A stretch of DNA of 64,000 bases from Candidatus Altiarchaeota archaeon (GTDB taxonomy: Archaea > Altiarchaeota > Altiarchaeia > IMC4 > SCGC-AAA252-I15). A program made the translations under genes and the position numbers. This document shows positions 1-9,350 of the stretch, in pieces (position 1 is the stretch's first letter; each line of letters starts with the position of its first letter). Where the stretch lies: positions 32,001 to 96,000 of the forward strand of contig JBDRLL010000003.1 of assembly GCA_043813075.1 (NCBI GenBank), in the 5' to 3' direction. Under the pieces are notes generated by a model. That model was not told the origin of the DNA. It worked only from the letters and a program-made list of their open reading frames with translations, and ran no database searches.

Positions 1-1
1 A

Positions 2-169
2 TTATACTCGCCGGATGGCGTACTACTGGCTGAAGGCTCCCTAATCTCATTCAAACTGGAGGACCTGGCTTCATTCGGGGTTCTCGCGATAATAGTCTCC
101 ATGGTCTTTTTCATAGCGTTCAACTACATCTACTTTCACATAGGGAAACTGATGAAAGACAAGGATTAG
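2..169 (+). CDS. 3' end of a membrane-anchored hypothetical protein (partial, truncated by window edge)
   Basis: Open frame from the window start reads LYSPDG...LASFGVLAIIVSMVFFIAFNYIYFHIGKLMKDKD, stop TAG at 167-169; C-terminal hydrophobic helix plus basic tail. Confidence 0.6.
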   Translation, partial: LYSPDGVLLAEGSLISFKLEDLASFGVLAIIVSMVFFIAFNYIYFHIGKLMKDKD

Positions 170-174
170 AATAC

Positions 175-981
175 CTAGTGCTTTTTGCCGGAGTGCCTTG
201 CATGCTTCATATGCTCTGCAGCATCCCTTAGATGGCGTCCGTGAGCCACCTCAGAAACACCCTTATGCGCCTTCTCAAATGACTCTACGACCTTGCTACC
301 GGCCTCAGCAGTCTTACCGCCGACTTCAACACCCTTACCTCCAATCTCAGCGACCTTGCCGGAGACCTCAGCAACCTTGGTGGCCTGGGCTGCGTGACTA
401 CCATGAGCAAGACCAGAAATCCCCTTCTCCACCTTCTCTAAGGACTCGACAACCCTGCCTCCAACATCGCCCACCCTACCGGACACCTCAGTAATCTTGG
501 CTATCTGGTGGCTGTGCGCCAGACCGACAATACCCTTCTCGACCTTGCCCACAGACTCAACAGCCTTGCTGCCGACTTCAGCAGCCTTTCCTGACGCCTC
601 GATAGCCCGGGAGGCCTTAAAAACCTCAGAACCCTTCGTGACCTTCACTATCTTTCCCGCCTTGCTTAACTGGGCTAAACGACCCACCTTAAGAATCCTT
701 ATAAGCGGGATGACTGCTATTATGTCCAGCCAACACTTCCTAACGAAGAAGAATATGCTCTTAGCGTGATGATGGTATATCCTGTACTTCCAGAAGATGT
801 CTATGGCAAAAAGACACAGGGCGAAAAAGTCCACTGTACGCAGCAAGTACTCAAACTCCTCAGACAAGTGCCACGTGAACTCCATGACCACCGCCAGGAT
901 GCTCGCCATGGCAGCGATAAAAATGACTGCCTCCCAGTAGAATGGCATCTCACTGTCAAAAGAATCGCCTTGACTCGCCAT
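175..981 (-). CDS. Ion-transport/voltage-sensor-like (S1-S4) membrane protein without pore domain, with repetitive C-terminal tail
   Basis: Helices match VSD motifs: S2 'DFFALCLFAIDIFWKY', S3 'WLDIIAVIP', S4 'IRILKVGRLAQLSKAGK'; no S5-P-S6 or TxGYG. Confidence 0.7.
   Translation of the reverse strand: MASQGDSFDSEMPFYWEAVIFIAAMASILAVVMEFTWHLSEEFEYLLRTVDFFALCLFAIDIFWKYRIYHHHAKSIFFFVRKCWLDIIAVIPLIRILKVGRLAQLSKAGKIVKVTKGSEVFKASRAIEASGKAAEVGSKAVESVGKVEKGIVGLAHSHQIAKITEVSGRVGDVGGRVVESLEKVEKGISGLAHGSHAAQATKVAEVSGKVAEIGGKGVEVGGKTAEAGSKVVESFEKAHKGVSEVAHGRHLRDAAEHMKHARHSGKKH
232..600 (-). repeat. Three imperfect intragenic repeats (about 37-47 aa) built from heptad units
   Basis: EASGKAAEVGSKAVESVGKVEKGIVGLAH / EVSGRVGDVGGRVVESLEKVEKGISGLAH / ...EVGGKTAEAGSKVVESFEKAHKGVSEVAH. 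Confidence 0.8.
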
Positions 982-1010
982 AGATAGAATTAGTAGGATG
1001 CTATTATAAT

Positions 1011-1169
1011 CTATCCGCCACCGCCGACAGCCTTCTTCTTGCTCTTCCTGCGTATCTTACCGGGCTTACCGCACTTCCGGCATTTTGTGGCCTTGACAGG
1101 ATTCTTAGCGTTGCAATGCATGCACACGCCCTTGAAAATCCTTTTCTCAGCTTCCTTAAACCTAGCCAT
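1011..1169 (-). CDS. rpl40e: 50S ribosomal protein L40e (missing from the ORF track)
   Basis: Manual translation [52 protein letters not shown]; MARF start and CxxCxxxN...CRKCG zinc ribbon. Confidence 0.93.
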   Translation of the reverse strand: MARFKEAEKRIFKGVCMHCNAKNPVKATKCRKCGKPGKIRRKSKKKAVGGGG

Positions 1170-1203
1170 CGTGGAGAATTATATGGGAGAATTGCTTTAA
1201 AAA

Positions 1204-1226
1204 CAAACTTTTTAGGGAAAAGTTTG
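1204..1226. repeat. Short palindrome/hairpin with adjacent T-run on the minus strand
   Basis: caaactttt-taggg-aaaagtttg, 9-bp perfect stem, followed by atcaaaaaaa. Confidence 0.6.
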
Positions 1227-1307
1227 ATCAAAAAAAGTGTTATATGTCGTCGAGTCCACTAAAAATGGGTCGAAGACGGCCTTATTGTGTTAAATGACAG
1301 TTTAATT

Positions 1308-1431
1308 TAGCGGGGGATGGATTTGAACCATCGACCTTCGGGTTTCTTACAATTTTCCGTCAACGCTCTTGCGTGAAGCGGAATATGATTGCTATGAGCC
1401 CGACGAGCACTCCTGGCTGCTCAACCCCGCT
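1308..1431 (-). tRNA. Initiator tRNA-Met(CAT) with 49-nt intron at 37/38 (1344-1392)
   Basis: Reverse complement AGCGGGGTTGAGCAGCCAGGAGTGCTCGTCGGGCTCATA-[intron]-ACCCGAAGGTCGATGGTTCAAATCCATCCCCCGCTA; A1-U72 pair, three G-C pairs in anticodon stem, BHB-like junction; CCA not encoded. Confidence 0.93.
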
Positions 1432-1513
1432 GTATTAGTGTTTAATGGGATGCTGGCGTCTTATGTTATAGAAGCATTGGTTTAAATAAGTCTTTATCCG
1501 CGCATACGCCAGG

Positions 1514-2332
1514 CTATACGAGGTTGAACACCGCCCACACCATCCCTAATCCTATGAACAATCCTGCTGCTATCGGGGGTAGCGCAGGCAATACCGTCCT
1601 TCCCCTACCCTGGATGTAGTAGAAGAGCCAGACAAGCCCAAGGAGGCCTCCGAATGCGGTGGGTATAGCGTAGCCTGGCCCGTAGTCTTTGAATACTGAG
1701 ACTGTGAGGACGAGGGGTAGCACCATGTCCCCAGTCCCTATGCCGAGATTACGCTCCCTGAAGGGTATGAGGAACATTAGGGGTAGGCTGTCGCCCTTAG
1801 ACTCCTCCGCTATCCGCACCATGTGTTTCGTTATGAAAACAGATATGAAGTCGTATACAGCTAGCACCAGAAGGAGGATTAATGCAGGGACCAGTGAAAG
1901 CGAAGCCCCGAACCACCCGCCTATGCCAGATAACGCAAGGCATAGTGAGACGTTCGTCAAAACCAGGCTATTCCTCCGGAAATATAAGACGACTGACAAT
2001 ACCAAGGCAATCAGGAGGCCCGCATCCCCGATGAAACTGGACAACGAAAACGTCATTCCACTGAAAAACGCTAACATCATTACGGCCCTAATCACATAAC
2101 CAAGGCGATGCTTCATCAGCAGTAGGACCACCGCCGTGACAATCAGCACGTACAAGAATATGTGGAGTGAAGATGACACACTATCAGGATCGGAGACCGC
2201 AGGCTGGACGACAGGCTCCCCGCCGCCGGGGGGATACATCAACGGCAGGAAGAACGAGCCCACATGCAGGCCGACAACCATCGTAGTCAAGTATATGGAT
2301 GCTAGTAGCGCTAGAGACTTTTGGCTTTGCAT
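1514..2332 (-). CDS. Presenilin/SPP-family intramembrane aspartyl protease
   Basis: Multi-TM; YD motif (AVYDFIS), GxGD (LGIGTGD), PALP. Confidence 0.92.
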   Translation of the reverse strand: MQSQKSLALLASIYLTTMVVGLHVGSFFLPLMYPPGGGEPVVQPAVSDPDSVSSSLHIFLYVLIVTAVVLLLMKHRLGYVIRAVMMLAFFSGMTFSLSSFIGDAGLLIALVLSVVLYFRRNSLVLTNVSLCLALSGIGGWFGASLSLVPALILLLVLAVYDFISVFITKHMVRIAEESKGDSLPLMFLIPFRERNLGIGTGDMVLPLVLTVSVFKDYGPGYAIPTAFGGLLGLVWLFYYIQGRGRTVLPALPPIAAGLFIGLGMVWAVFNLV

Positions 2333-2383
2333 ATGAATAAAAAGGAGGATAAGAAGAAAAAGAAGAGGGGGTGAAGGAAGCGA

Positions 2384-4345
2384 CTACTTCCTTCCTTCCA
2401 CCAGAGAGTCAACTATGCTCGGGTCAGCGAGCGTGCTCGTGTCACCAAGCTGGTCCACCTCATTGGAAGCGATCTTCCTCAGAATCCGGCGCATAATCTT
2501 GCCGGAACGAGTCTTCGGCAACGCATTCGTGAACTGTATTTTGTCAGGCTTAGCTATGGGCCCAATCTCCTTCACGACCGTCGCGACAATCGCCTTCTCC
2601 AACTCCTCAGAGGACTCCTGGCCAGCCTTCAGCGTAACGTATGCGTAGAGGCCCTGACCCTTTATGTCGTGCGGGTATCCCACCACAGCAGCCTCTGCTA
2701 CTGCGGGATGCTGGCCGATAGCGCCCTCAACCTCCGCGGTGCCGATACGATGCCCTGAGACGTTGATGACGTCATCCACGCGCCCGGTAATCCAGTAGTA
2801 TCCATCATTGTCCCTGTGGCAGCCGTCGCCAGTATAGAACTTCCCTGGGAATATGGAGAAGTACGTCTGCTTGAACCGGTCATGGTCCCCGTAGACCGTA
2901 CGCATCATCCCTGGCCAAGCGGCCTTTATGGCGAGTATCCCGGTGACGTCGTTGCCTTCCAGCTCCTTGCCCTGATCGTTTATTATGGCCGGCTCAACCC
3001 CGAAGAAAGGGAATGTCGCGCTTCCAGGCTTTGTTGGCGTCGCACCAGGGATTGGTGTGATGATTATCCCCCCAGTCTCCGTCTGCCAGTAGGTATCCAC
3101 TATAGGACACTTCTCCTTACCGATCACCTTATGATACCACATCCATTCAGGCGACTTGATAGGCTCCCCTACAGTTCCAAGAAGCTTGAGGGAAGACAGG
3201 TCATGCTTGTTAGGCCATTCATCGCCCTGCCTCATCAAAGCCCGTATTGCCGTCGGCGCGGTATAGAAGATGTTCACCTTATGCTTTTCAACAAGATCCC
3301 AGAACCTCCCGTAGTCAGGATAATTTGGGACACCCTCAAACATCATCGTCATAGCCCTGTTGGCTAGAGGACCGTATATGATGTATGAGTGTCCTGTAAT
3401 CCATCCTATGTCTGCGGTGCACCAGTAGACGTCTCCCTCATGATAGTCGAAGACGTACTTGAAGGTCGTAGCAGCGTACACCAGGTATCCGCCAGTAGTG
3501 TGCAACACACCCTTAGGCTTCCCTGTGGAACCTGAAGTGTAGAGGATGAACAAAGGGTCTTCAGCATCCATCTCCTCGGGCGGGCAGTCCGTGCTGGCTC
3601 CAGCCAGCTCCTCCCCAACCCAGAAGTCCCTGCCCTCCTTCATCTCAACGTCAACGCCAGTCCGCTTGACTACCAGAACCGTCTTTATGCTAGGCGCCTG
3701 CGCTATCGCATTATCTCCTGTAGACTTCATCGGAATCTTCTTGCCTCCACGAAGCCCGCCATCCTGAGTTATCAGCATGGAACACTGGGAGTCGTTTATA
3801 CGATCCCTTAGGGAGTCGGCCGAGAATCCGCCGAAGACTATTGAGTGTATCGCACCAATCCTTGCGCAAGCCATCATGGAGATCGCAAGCTCAGGGACCA
3901 TCTGAAGGTAGATACATACCCTGTCCCCTTTTTTCACGCCATGCTTCTTAAGCACATTCGAGAATTTAGAGACCTCGTCCATCAGCTGCTTGAACGTGAA
4001 CTTCTTCACATCCCCCGGCTCATTACCCTCCCATATGATCGCGGTCTTGTCTCCGTGGCCTGCTTCAACATGCCGGTCCAGGCAATTGTATGTGACGTTC
4101 AGTTTTCCGCCAGTAAACCACTTGATGTCCGCGGTATTGAAGTCGTATTCACGTACCTTACCCCACTTCTGGAACCAATCAATGCTCTCAGCCATCTTGG
4201 ACCAGAACCCTTCAGGGTCTTTAATGCTTTCAGTGTAAAGCTTCTCATAGTCTTCCATTGATTTTACGTACGCCTTTCCCTGGAAACCGGGGTTTGGCTG
4301 TATAACAACCGTGTCTTCTCCTAAATGGGATTCAACTCCGCTCAT
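2384..4345 (-). CDS. acs: Acetyl-CoA synthetase (AMP-forming)
   Basis: [47 protein letters not shown]. Confidence 0.97.
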   Translation of the reverse strand: MSGVESHLGEDTVVIQPNPGFQGKAYVKSMEDYEKLYTESIKDPEGFWSKMAESIDWFQKWGKVREYDFNTADIKWFTGGKLNVTYNCLDRHVEAGHGDKTAIIWEGNEPGDVKKFTFKQLMDEVSKFSNVLKKHGVKKGDRVCIYLQMVPELAISMMACARIGAIHSIVFGGFSADSLRDRINDSQCSMLITQDGGLRGGKKIPMKSTGDNAIAQAPSIKTVLVVKRTGVDVEMKEGRDFWVGEELAGASTDCPPEEMDAEDPLFILYTSGSTGKPKGVLHTTGGYLVYAATTFKYVFDYHEGDVYWCTADIGWITGHSYIIYGPLANRAMTMMFEGVPNYPDYGRFWDLVEKHKVNIFYTAPTAIRALMRQGDEWPNKHDLSSLKLLGTVGEPIKSPEWMWYHKVIGKEKCPIVDTYWQTETGGIIITPIPGATPTKPGSATFPFFGVEPAIINDQGKELEGNDVTGILAIKAAWPGMMRTVYGDHDRFKQTYFSIFPGKFYTGDGCHRDNDGYYWITGRVDDVINVSGHRIGTAEVEGAIGQHPAVAEAAVVGYPHDIKGQGLYAYVTLKAGQESSEELEKAIVATVVKEIGPIAKPDKIQFTNALPKTRSGKIMRRILRKIASNEVDQLGDTSTLADPSIVDSLVEGRK

Positions 4346-4463
4346 TCTAATTCATCACCCAAAAATTTAATCAAAAAAACAGCGTCTCACGCTCTTTTTG
4401 GAGTATATACTTACAAATTCCTGTTTAAAAGTGTCGGGTTGCGGAACACAATATAATAGGCAG

Positions 4464-4967
4464 CTACGGTTTATCCCCGACAATCCAGGACTCCAGTATT
4501 TGAAGCAGCTGGATTGTCTCGGGAATGAATTCCACTTTATTGAGCTTGCCCTTAGCCTCCTCGATAGTCATGAATTCCCCGTACTCTATCTCATCCTCCA
4601 GCAAATCCGGTTTCCCTGACGTCTTAAACCCGTACACCATGACGTTCTCCTGCTCCTCATGCAGCCTCTTCCTGAAGAAGCCCATCCTAAAGGGGGTTGA
4701 AGCGACGCCAGCCTCCTCAAAAGCCTCCCGGACGACAGCATCATCATAGGACTCTCCGGAAGGCACATGCCCGCCCAATACGATACTCCACTGGCCGCCG
4801 AAGAATTCCTTGCCCCCAGACCTCCTGCTGACCAGTATCCTGCCTTCAGGGTCGAATATGAAGAACTGCACGCTACGGTGGAGAAGCCGTTTTTCATGGC
4901 ACTCCGTCCGGGACGCCCTGCCAACCACGTTGTCATCGTCGTCGACTACGTCGAAGTATTCTGTCAT
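4464..4967 (-). CDS. NUDIX hydrolase (IDI-1/YfcD-like)
   Basis: HRSV motif, GGHV, Nudix box GESYDDAVVREAFEEAG. Confidence 0.88.
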   Translation of the reverse strand: MTEYFDVVDDDDNVVGRASRTECHEKRLLHRSVQFFIFDPEGRILVSRRSGGKEFFGGQWSIVLGGHVPSGESYDDAVVREAFEEAGVASTPFRMGFFRKRLHEEQENVMVYGFKTSGKPDLLEDEIEYGEFMTIEEAKGKLNKVEFIPETIQLLQILESWIVGDKP

Positions 4968-5021
4968 GGATAAATATGCGCTTCAATAAATATCTCCATC
5001 CTAAAGGCTGGAGTATTCATT

Positions 5022-5084
5022 CAAAAGCGCAGACATCCATCGCATTCATCTGCAACATGGATGTTGCAGTATTATGCGCTTTTG
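5022..5084. other. Structured intergenic element with nested inverted repeats
   Basis: caaaagcgca (5022-5031) pairs with tgcgcttttg (5075-5084); ctgcaacat (5050-5058) pairs with atgttgcag (5061-5069). Confidence 0.6.
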
Positions 5085-5099
5085 TAGTAAATAATTCAC

Positions 5100-5960
5100 G
5101 TGGAACACGAGACATTGACTGCGTTCTTCTTTGTGCTTGGCATTCTGACGGAGTCGGTCATAATGGTTCGGAAATCCGGCAAGTGGGGTGAGTTCATATC
5201 AATCATCATCCTTTCGGCCATAACATCTTTTTTCGTGTTTGCTGACAACACGAACGTGAACATCATATTCCCAGCAATGGCCGGCATAATAGCATACGCT
5301 TGGATGTTTGCGACCGTGTTCAGGAAGGACATGCTGCCGGTCATCACAGAGGAGGTTATCCTCTCCCACACGATACTGTTCTGGTTCCTGGCCTTTGGCG
5401 TATTAAGGAGGTTTTACTTCCTCAGGGCAATGGACAACATACTGTTGCTGGCCCTGATTCCGACGGCGGGCGCATTATGGATTTCATTCACTGACAGAAG
5501 ACTCGACTTCTGGGGTAAGGCATTCTTCTATTCGTGGTTTCTATTGACCAGCGTGATTTTCATGGCGTATTACTTCATTGGAGGGGTTGTGAGCGTTGCG
5601 TACGAGTACATTGCAGGATCGCTTTCTGTTTTTGATTCTTTTTTCATGGGGATAGTCTTCCTTCACCTTATCGCCAACATAGCCTACGTGTTTGAATTGA
5701 TACCGATTCCTGGAAAGCATGAGACTATGGAACATAGGATGAGGGAGTGGTTCGGTTACTGTAAGGTTCTGGTGGGAAAGTATTCGGACAGGCAGATGAA
5801 GCCATTCCACGCGATGATGATTATGATATTCCAGGGCGGCAGCCTGCTGGCGAACATGCACTTCAGATTCGCGTCCGACTTCCTCCTGTTTAACCTATGG
5901 ATCCTGGCGATACCACTGATAAGCAAGCCGGACGCGATAAAACCTGTTGATAAGGGATAA
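5100..5960 (+). CDS. Hypothetical polytopic membrane protein
   Basis: 286 aa, many hydrophobic segments, GTG start. Confidence 0.7.
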   Translation: MEHETLTAFFFVLGILTESVIMVRKSGKWGEFISIIILSAITSFFVFADNTNVNIIFPAMAGIIAYAWMFATVFRKDMLPVITEEVILSHTILFWFLAFGVLRRFYFLRAMDNILLLALIPTAGALWISFTDRRLDFWGKAFFYSWFLLTSVIFMAYYFIGGVVSVAYEYIAGSLSVFDSFFMGIVFLHLIANIAYVFELIPIPGKHETMEHRMREWFGYCKVLVGKYSDRQMKPFHAMMIMIFQGGSLLANMHFRFASDFLLFNLWILAIPLISKPDAIKPVDKG

Positions 5961-5984
5961 AAACCCGTAGAACCAAGTATTCAT

Positions 5985-6542
5985 ATGGACTGTGATTTTG
6001 GGAGGATAAGCAAGGAGGACAGCATCCTAGTGGTGGTCGACGTGCAGGAGAAGTTCGAGGCAGTCATACACGAGTGGGACTACATGCTTGAGAACATCAT
6101 CAAGATCATCAGGGGATTCTCAGCCATGGAACTCCCCATAATCGTGACCGAACAGTATCCGAGGGGGCTTGGCAAGACGGTTAGGGAGGTCAGCGAAGCC
6201 CTGGGGGAGTTCTCGCCCGTAGAGAAGACTTGTTTCAGCTGCATGGGAGAGCCGGAATTCAGGGAAAAGCTGAAGTCTTTCGGGCGTAAAAACATCATAC
6301 TATGCGGGATAGAATCCCATGTGTGCCTACTGAACACGACCCTTGACGCGATAGCTGAAGGGTATAATGTTCACTTCATAGTTGACGCCATATCATCAAG
6401 GAAGGCAGTCGACCACGGCATAACCGTTGAGAGAGTCAATCAGGCTGGTGCCTTCCTGGCTTCTGCGGAGATGGTATTGTTCCAGCTGCTGAAGGACGCG
6501 AAATCGGATGAATTCAAGAAGGTCAGTAGGATAGTGAGATAA
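5985..6542 (+). CDS. Isochorismatase-family cysteine hydrolase
   Basis: VVDVQEK, TEQYPRGLG, KTCFSC, GIESHVC. Confidence 0.92.
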   Translation: MDCDFGRISKEDSILVVVDVQEKFEAVIHEWDYMLENIIKIIRGFSAMELPIIVTEQYPRGLGKTVREVSEALGEFSPVEKTCFSCMGEPEFREKLKSFGRKNIILCGIESHVCLLNTTLDAIAEGYNVHFIVDAISSRKAVDHGITVERVNQAGAFLASAEMVLFQLLKDAKSDEFKKVSRIVR

Positions 6543-6543
6543 G

Positions 6544-6747
6544 CTATTTCTCTTCAGGCACTACAATGACCATCAGAAGGTACGCCAGCAATAGAGGGCC
6601 TATCCCAGATAGGAATGTGAGTATGATGTAGACGACCCTCACCACATTCGGGTCAACCCCGAGATATTCCCCAACACCGCCTAAAACACCGGTAAAAACC
6701 CGGTCTTTCCTGCTGCGAAACAGTTTCTTCTGCACATCCTTGGTCAT
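6544..6747 (-). CDS. PspC-domain membrane protein
   Basis: KKLFRSRKDRVFTGVLGGVGEYLGVDPNVVR...AYLLMVIVVPEE; likely start MTKDVQ at 6747. Confidence 0.88.
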   Translation of the reverse strand: MTKDVQKKLFRSRKDRVFTGVLGGVGEYLGVDPNVVRVVYIILTFLSGIGPLLLAYLLMVIVVPEEK

Positions 6748-6786
6748 TTTAGTATAGTTAATTTCTTGTGAGAGAATATATATGGC

Positions 6787-7290
6787 GTGAGGGTCTTCTA
6801 CGGGGCAGCGCTTCAAGGAGCGATAGACAGGTCTGAGAGGGCGCAATTACACTCAGAACTAATCAGGGCCATACGGGACATGGGATTCGAAGTGGCGACA
6901 GAACACGCCACTGGAAGAACAAAAGAAGAAGCCGTGCAGATTCTGGAGGAGACCATAGGACCACTGCCTCCAAAGGGAATGGAGCGGACAAGGTACATAA
7001 GGGATAGGATGATAGGATTCATCGAGGGTGACGTGTCTGCAGCAGTCTTTGAAGTCTCAACCCCCAGCCTGGGTACTGGCATCGAGATAGCGCACGCATA
7101 CCTCAGGCCTCGCATGGGATTGAGCGGCATCCCAGTGCTAGCACTATATCAGACAGGATACTGGCCCACCAACCTGTCGTCCATGATTAGGGGAATCAGT
7201 GCGGAGGAAGCCCCCGACTTCAGTCTGAGAGAGTATTCTAACGTCGATGATGCCAGGAGGATTATCAGTGAATTCCTCACTCTTCTGTGA
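6787..7290 (+). CDS. Nucleoside 2-deoxyribosyltransferase/DNPH1 (RCL)-like protein
   Basis: N-terminal VFYGAALQG, RDR, EVSTPSLGTGIEIAHA, LSSMIRG. Confidence 0.8.
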   Translation: MRVFYGAALQGAIDRSERAQLHSELIRAIRDMGFEVATEHATGRTKEEAVQILEETIGPLPPKGMERTRYIRDRMIGFIEGDVSAAVFEVSTPSLGTGIEIAHAYLRPRMGLSGIPVLALYQTGYWPTNLSSMIRGISAEEAPDFSLREYSNVDDARRIISEFLTLL

Positions 7291-9283
7291 ACATGTACTT
7301 ACCATGCCTGGGCGAGTAGATGACTCCCTTGTTCCTTAACTCGTCGAGTATCTGCTCCACATCCCTCTTCTCCAACGCCTTCTCGGATGCTGAAAACACG
7401 ATCTCATCGAGGGAGGCCATTGTGTCAGGACTGGTTTCAACCAGCTCCTTTATTATGTTCTCCACCACGCGTATCCTGTCCCTGAGGGACTTCGGATGGT
7501 CTGTGACTATACGGTCTATGTCGAATTCACCGGTGGTCTCGTCGTAGGCTATCTCCCTCAACACGAACTCCGTGAGCCGTATGGCACGCTCAACGTCAGA
7601 TACACTGACCTCACCAGATAACCGTATCTTGGCTGAAGCCTCTGAAAGACGAACAAGAGCCTCCAGCTGACGCGGTGTCGCGGAAGCTGTCCCGCCCTTG
7701 CCGCGAGCCCTTATGGCAACATAGTACTCTTTTATCTTTTCGGCAGCATCCTCGGTCAGCATGGGCCGGATGTTCATCCGAGCATATGCTATGTACTTCC
7801 TGAGGAAGTCTATTTCGAGTTCAGGAGATATCTCATCCATCTCGTCTTCAGACATGTGCATCTTAAGCATATGGCTTGCGATAGCCCTGTCCGTCTCGCT
7901 GTCGAGGATGTCGCGGATGGGGAATATCAAATCGAACCTGCTTATCAGCGTCGGCGGGATGTCGAACTGGTCTGCGAGAGGCTTGTATGTGTCGAACCTG
8001 CTGAACTTAGGGTTTGCCGCAGCCAGTATGCTCGTGTTCGCCTTGAACTTTGTTATTATGCCAGCCTTCGCGACACTGATGGTCTGCTGCTCCATAGCCT
8101 CGTGCATGGCACTCCGGTCTTCGGCAGTCATCTTGTCGAACTCGTCTATCGCGGCTATGCCTCCGCCAGCCAAGACAAGAGCCCCCGCCTTAAGCGTCCA
8201 AGCTCCCTCCTGCATCTCATCCTTCTCGGCAGTGGCGGTCAAGCCAGCGCCAGTCGTGCCCTTACCCGTAACATAAATGCTCTTGGGAGCCGTCTGGTCC
8301 ACGAACTGCAGTATCCTGGACTTGGCGACACCCGGATCCCCAATCATAAGCAAGTGAAGGTCGGGCCGGACTGCAGTGCCGTCAGGCAGCTTCTTCCCTG
8401 GCCGTCCTCCGAACAGTTGCAGTGCTATAGCCTCCTTGACTTCATTGTAGCCGTATATGCTCGGGGCTATTGAGCCGATTATCTTGTCGTATAGTTTAGA
8501 GTCTTTGGATAGCTTCTTTATCTCCTTCTCCTCTTCATCGGTTATGTCGAAATCCTCGAAGTCTTTTTCAATGGGCTCTATTGTGCTCGCCAGTAGGTAC
8601 TTGGAGTATACAGCATCCTTGGACTTGGGCGGTTTGAGGCGGAGTATGCCGACCACCGCAACCTTGTCCCCGGCAGTGACGACGTCGGTTATGTCGTCTT
8701 CAGCCATTATCTCGATCCTCCTCGCCTGCTCGCCGCCTTTGAGCATTTCGAGGGGTTCCTGTATCTCAAGACGCTGTAGGTCAGTCCACTCCGATAATTC
8801 AGGGACGAAACGCAGATTGCTCTTACCGCATCCACTGCACCGTCCAGGCTCCTGAAGCATCCTCTTGGTCTGCGCCACCCAGTTGTGCGTGTCGCACACG
8901 TTGCATATGAACAGGCCGTTAGATACTTTTGGCAGTACGTCGCTTATCCTGTTGACGACGCCTTCAACAGAAATCATCCGCCCGATGTGGTCTGCGTTGA
9001 TGTCCTTCACCAGCGCGCTGTAGCCGTGCTCCTTTGGGAAATTGTTGAAACGCACGTTGAATTTAGGATTCTCGAATTCAGTGGGAATGCTCATGGCGTT
9101 GAGCGTGTCCTCGAACTCCCTTACCACCTCGTCAGGGCTCTCGCGAAGATTGTCTGCAAGCTCCCTGTCAAACCGCTCCAGCTCCTGGAAGTCCAAGACT
9201 AGGCTCTTGCTCTCAGGGTATATGCCAGCCAGCTTCTGTATCTTCTCCTTGTTCTTCTTAAGAAATTTCTCCACACTACTCAA
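7277..9283 (-). CDS. mcm: Replicative helicase MCM
   Basis: Zn finger CxxC..CxxC, GDPGVAKS, IDEFDKM, SRFD, C-terminal wHTH; TTG start with GGTGA upstream. Confidence 0.97.
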   Translation of the reverse strand: MSSVEKFLKKNKEKIQKLAGIYPESKSLVLDFQELERFDRELADNLRESPDEVVREFEDTLNAMSIPTEFENPKFNVRFNNFPKEHGYSALVKDINADHIGRMISVEGVVNRISDVLPKVSNGLFICNVCDTHNWVAQTKRMLQEPGRCSGCGKSNLRFVPELSEWTDLQRLEIQEPLEMLKGGEQARRIEIMAEDDITDVVTAGDKVAVVGILRLKPPKSKDAVYSKYLLASTIEPIEKDFEDFDITDEEEKEIKKLSKDSKLYDKIIGSIAPSIYGYNEVKEAIALQLFGGRPGKKLPDGTAVRPDLHLLMIGDPGVAKSRILQFVDQTAPKSIYVTGKGTTGAGLTATAEKDEMQEGAWTLKAGALVLAGGGIAAIDEFDKMTAEDRSAMHEAMEQQTISVAKAGIITKFKANTSILAAANPKFSRFDTYKPLADQFDIPPTLISRFDLIFPIRDILDSETDRAIASHMLKMHMSEDEMDEISPELEIDFLRKYIAYARMNIRPMLTEDAAEKIKEYYVAIRARGKGGTASATPRQLEALVRLSEASAKIRLSGEVSVSDVERAIRLTEFVLREIAYDETTGEFDIDRIVTDHPKSLRDRIRVVENIIKELVETSPDTMASLDEIVFSASEKALEKRDVEQILDELRNKGVIYSPRHGKYMFTEE

Positions 9284-9350
9284 AGCTTATCACCCTAAAC
9301 CATCCCCCCAGGAAAAGGTGGGTTAAGCTATAGACCATTGGAGTATAAAA

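Noticed and set aside
1004-1231. 75-aa ORF in the track
   Set aside because: Wrong frame; the real gene is L40e at 1011-1169
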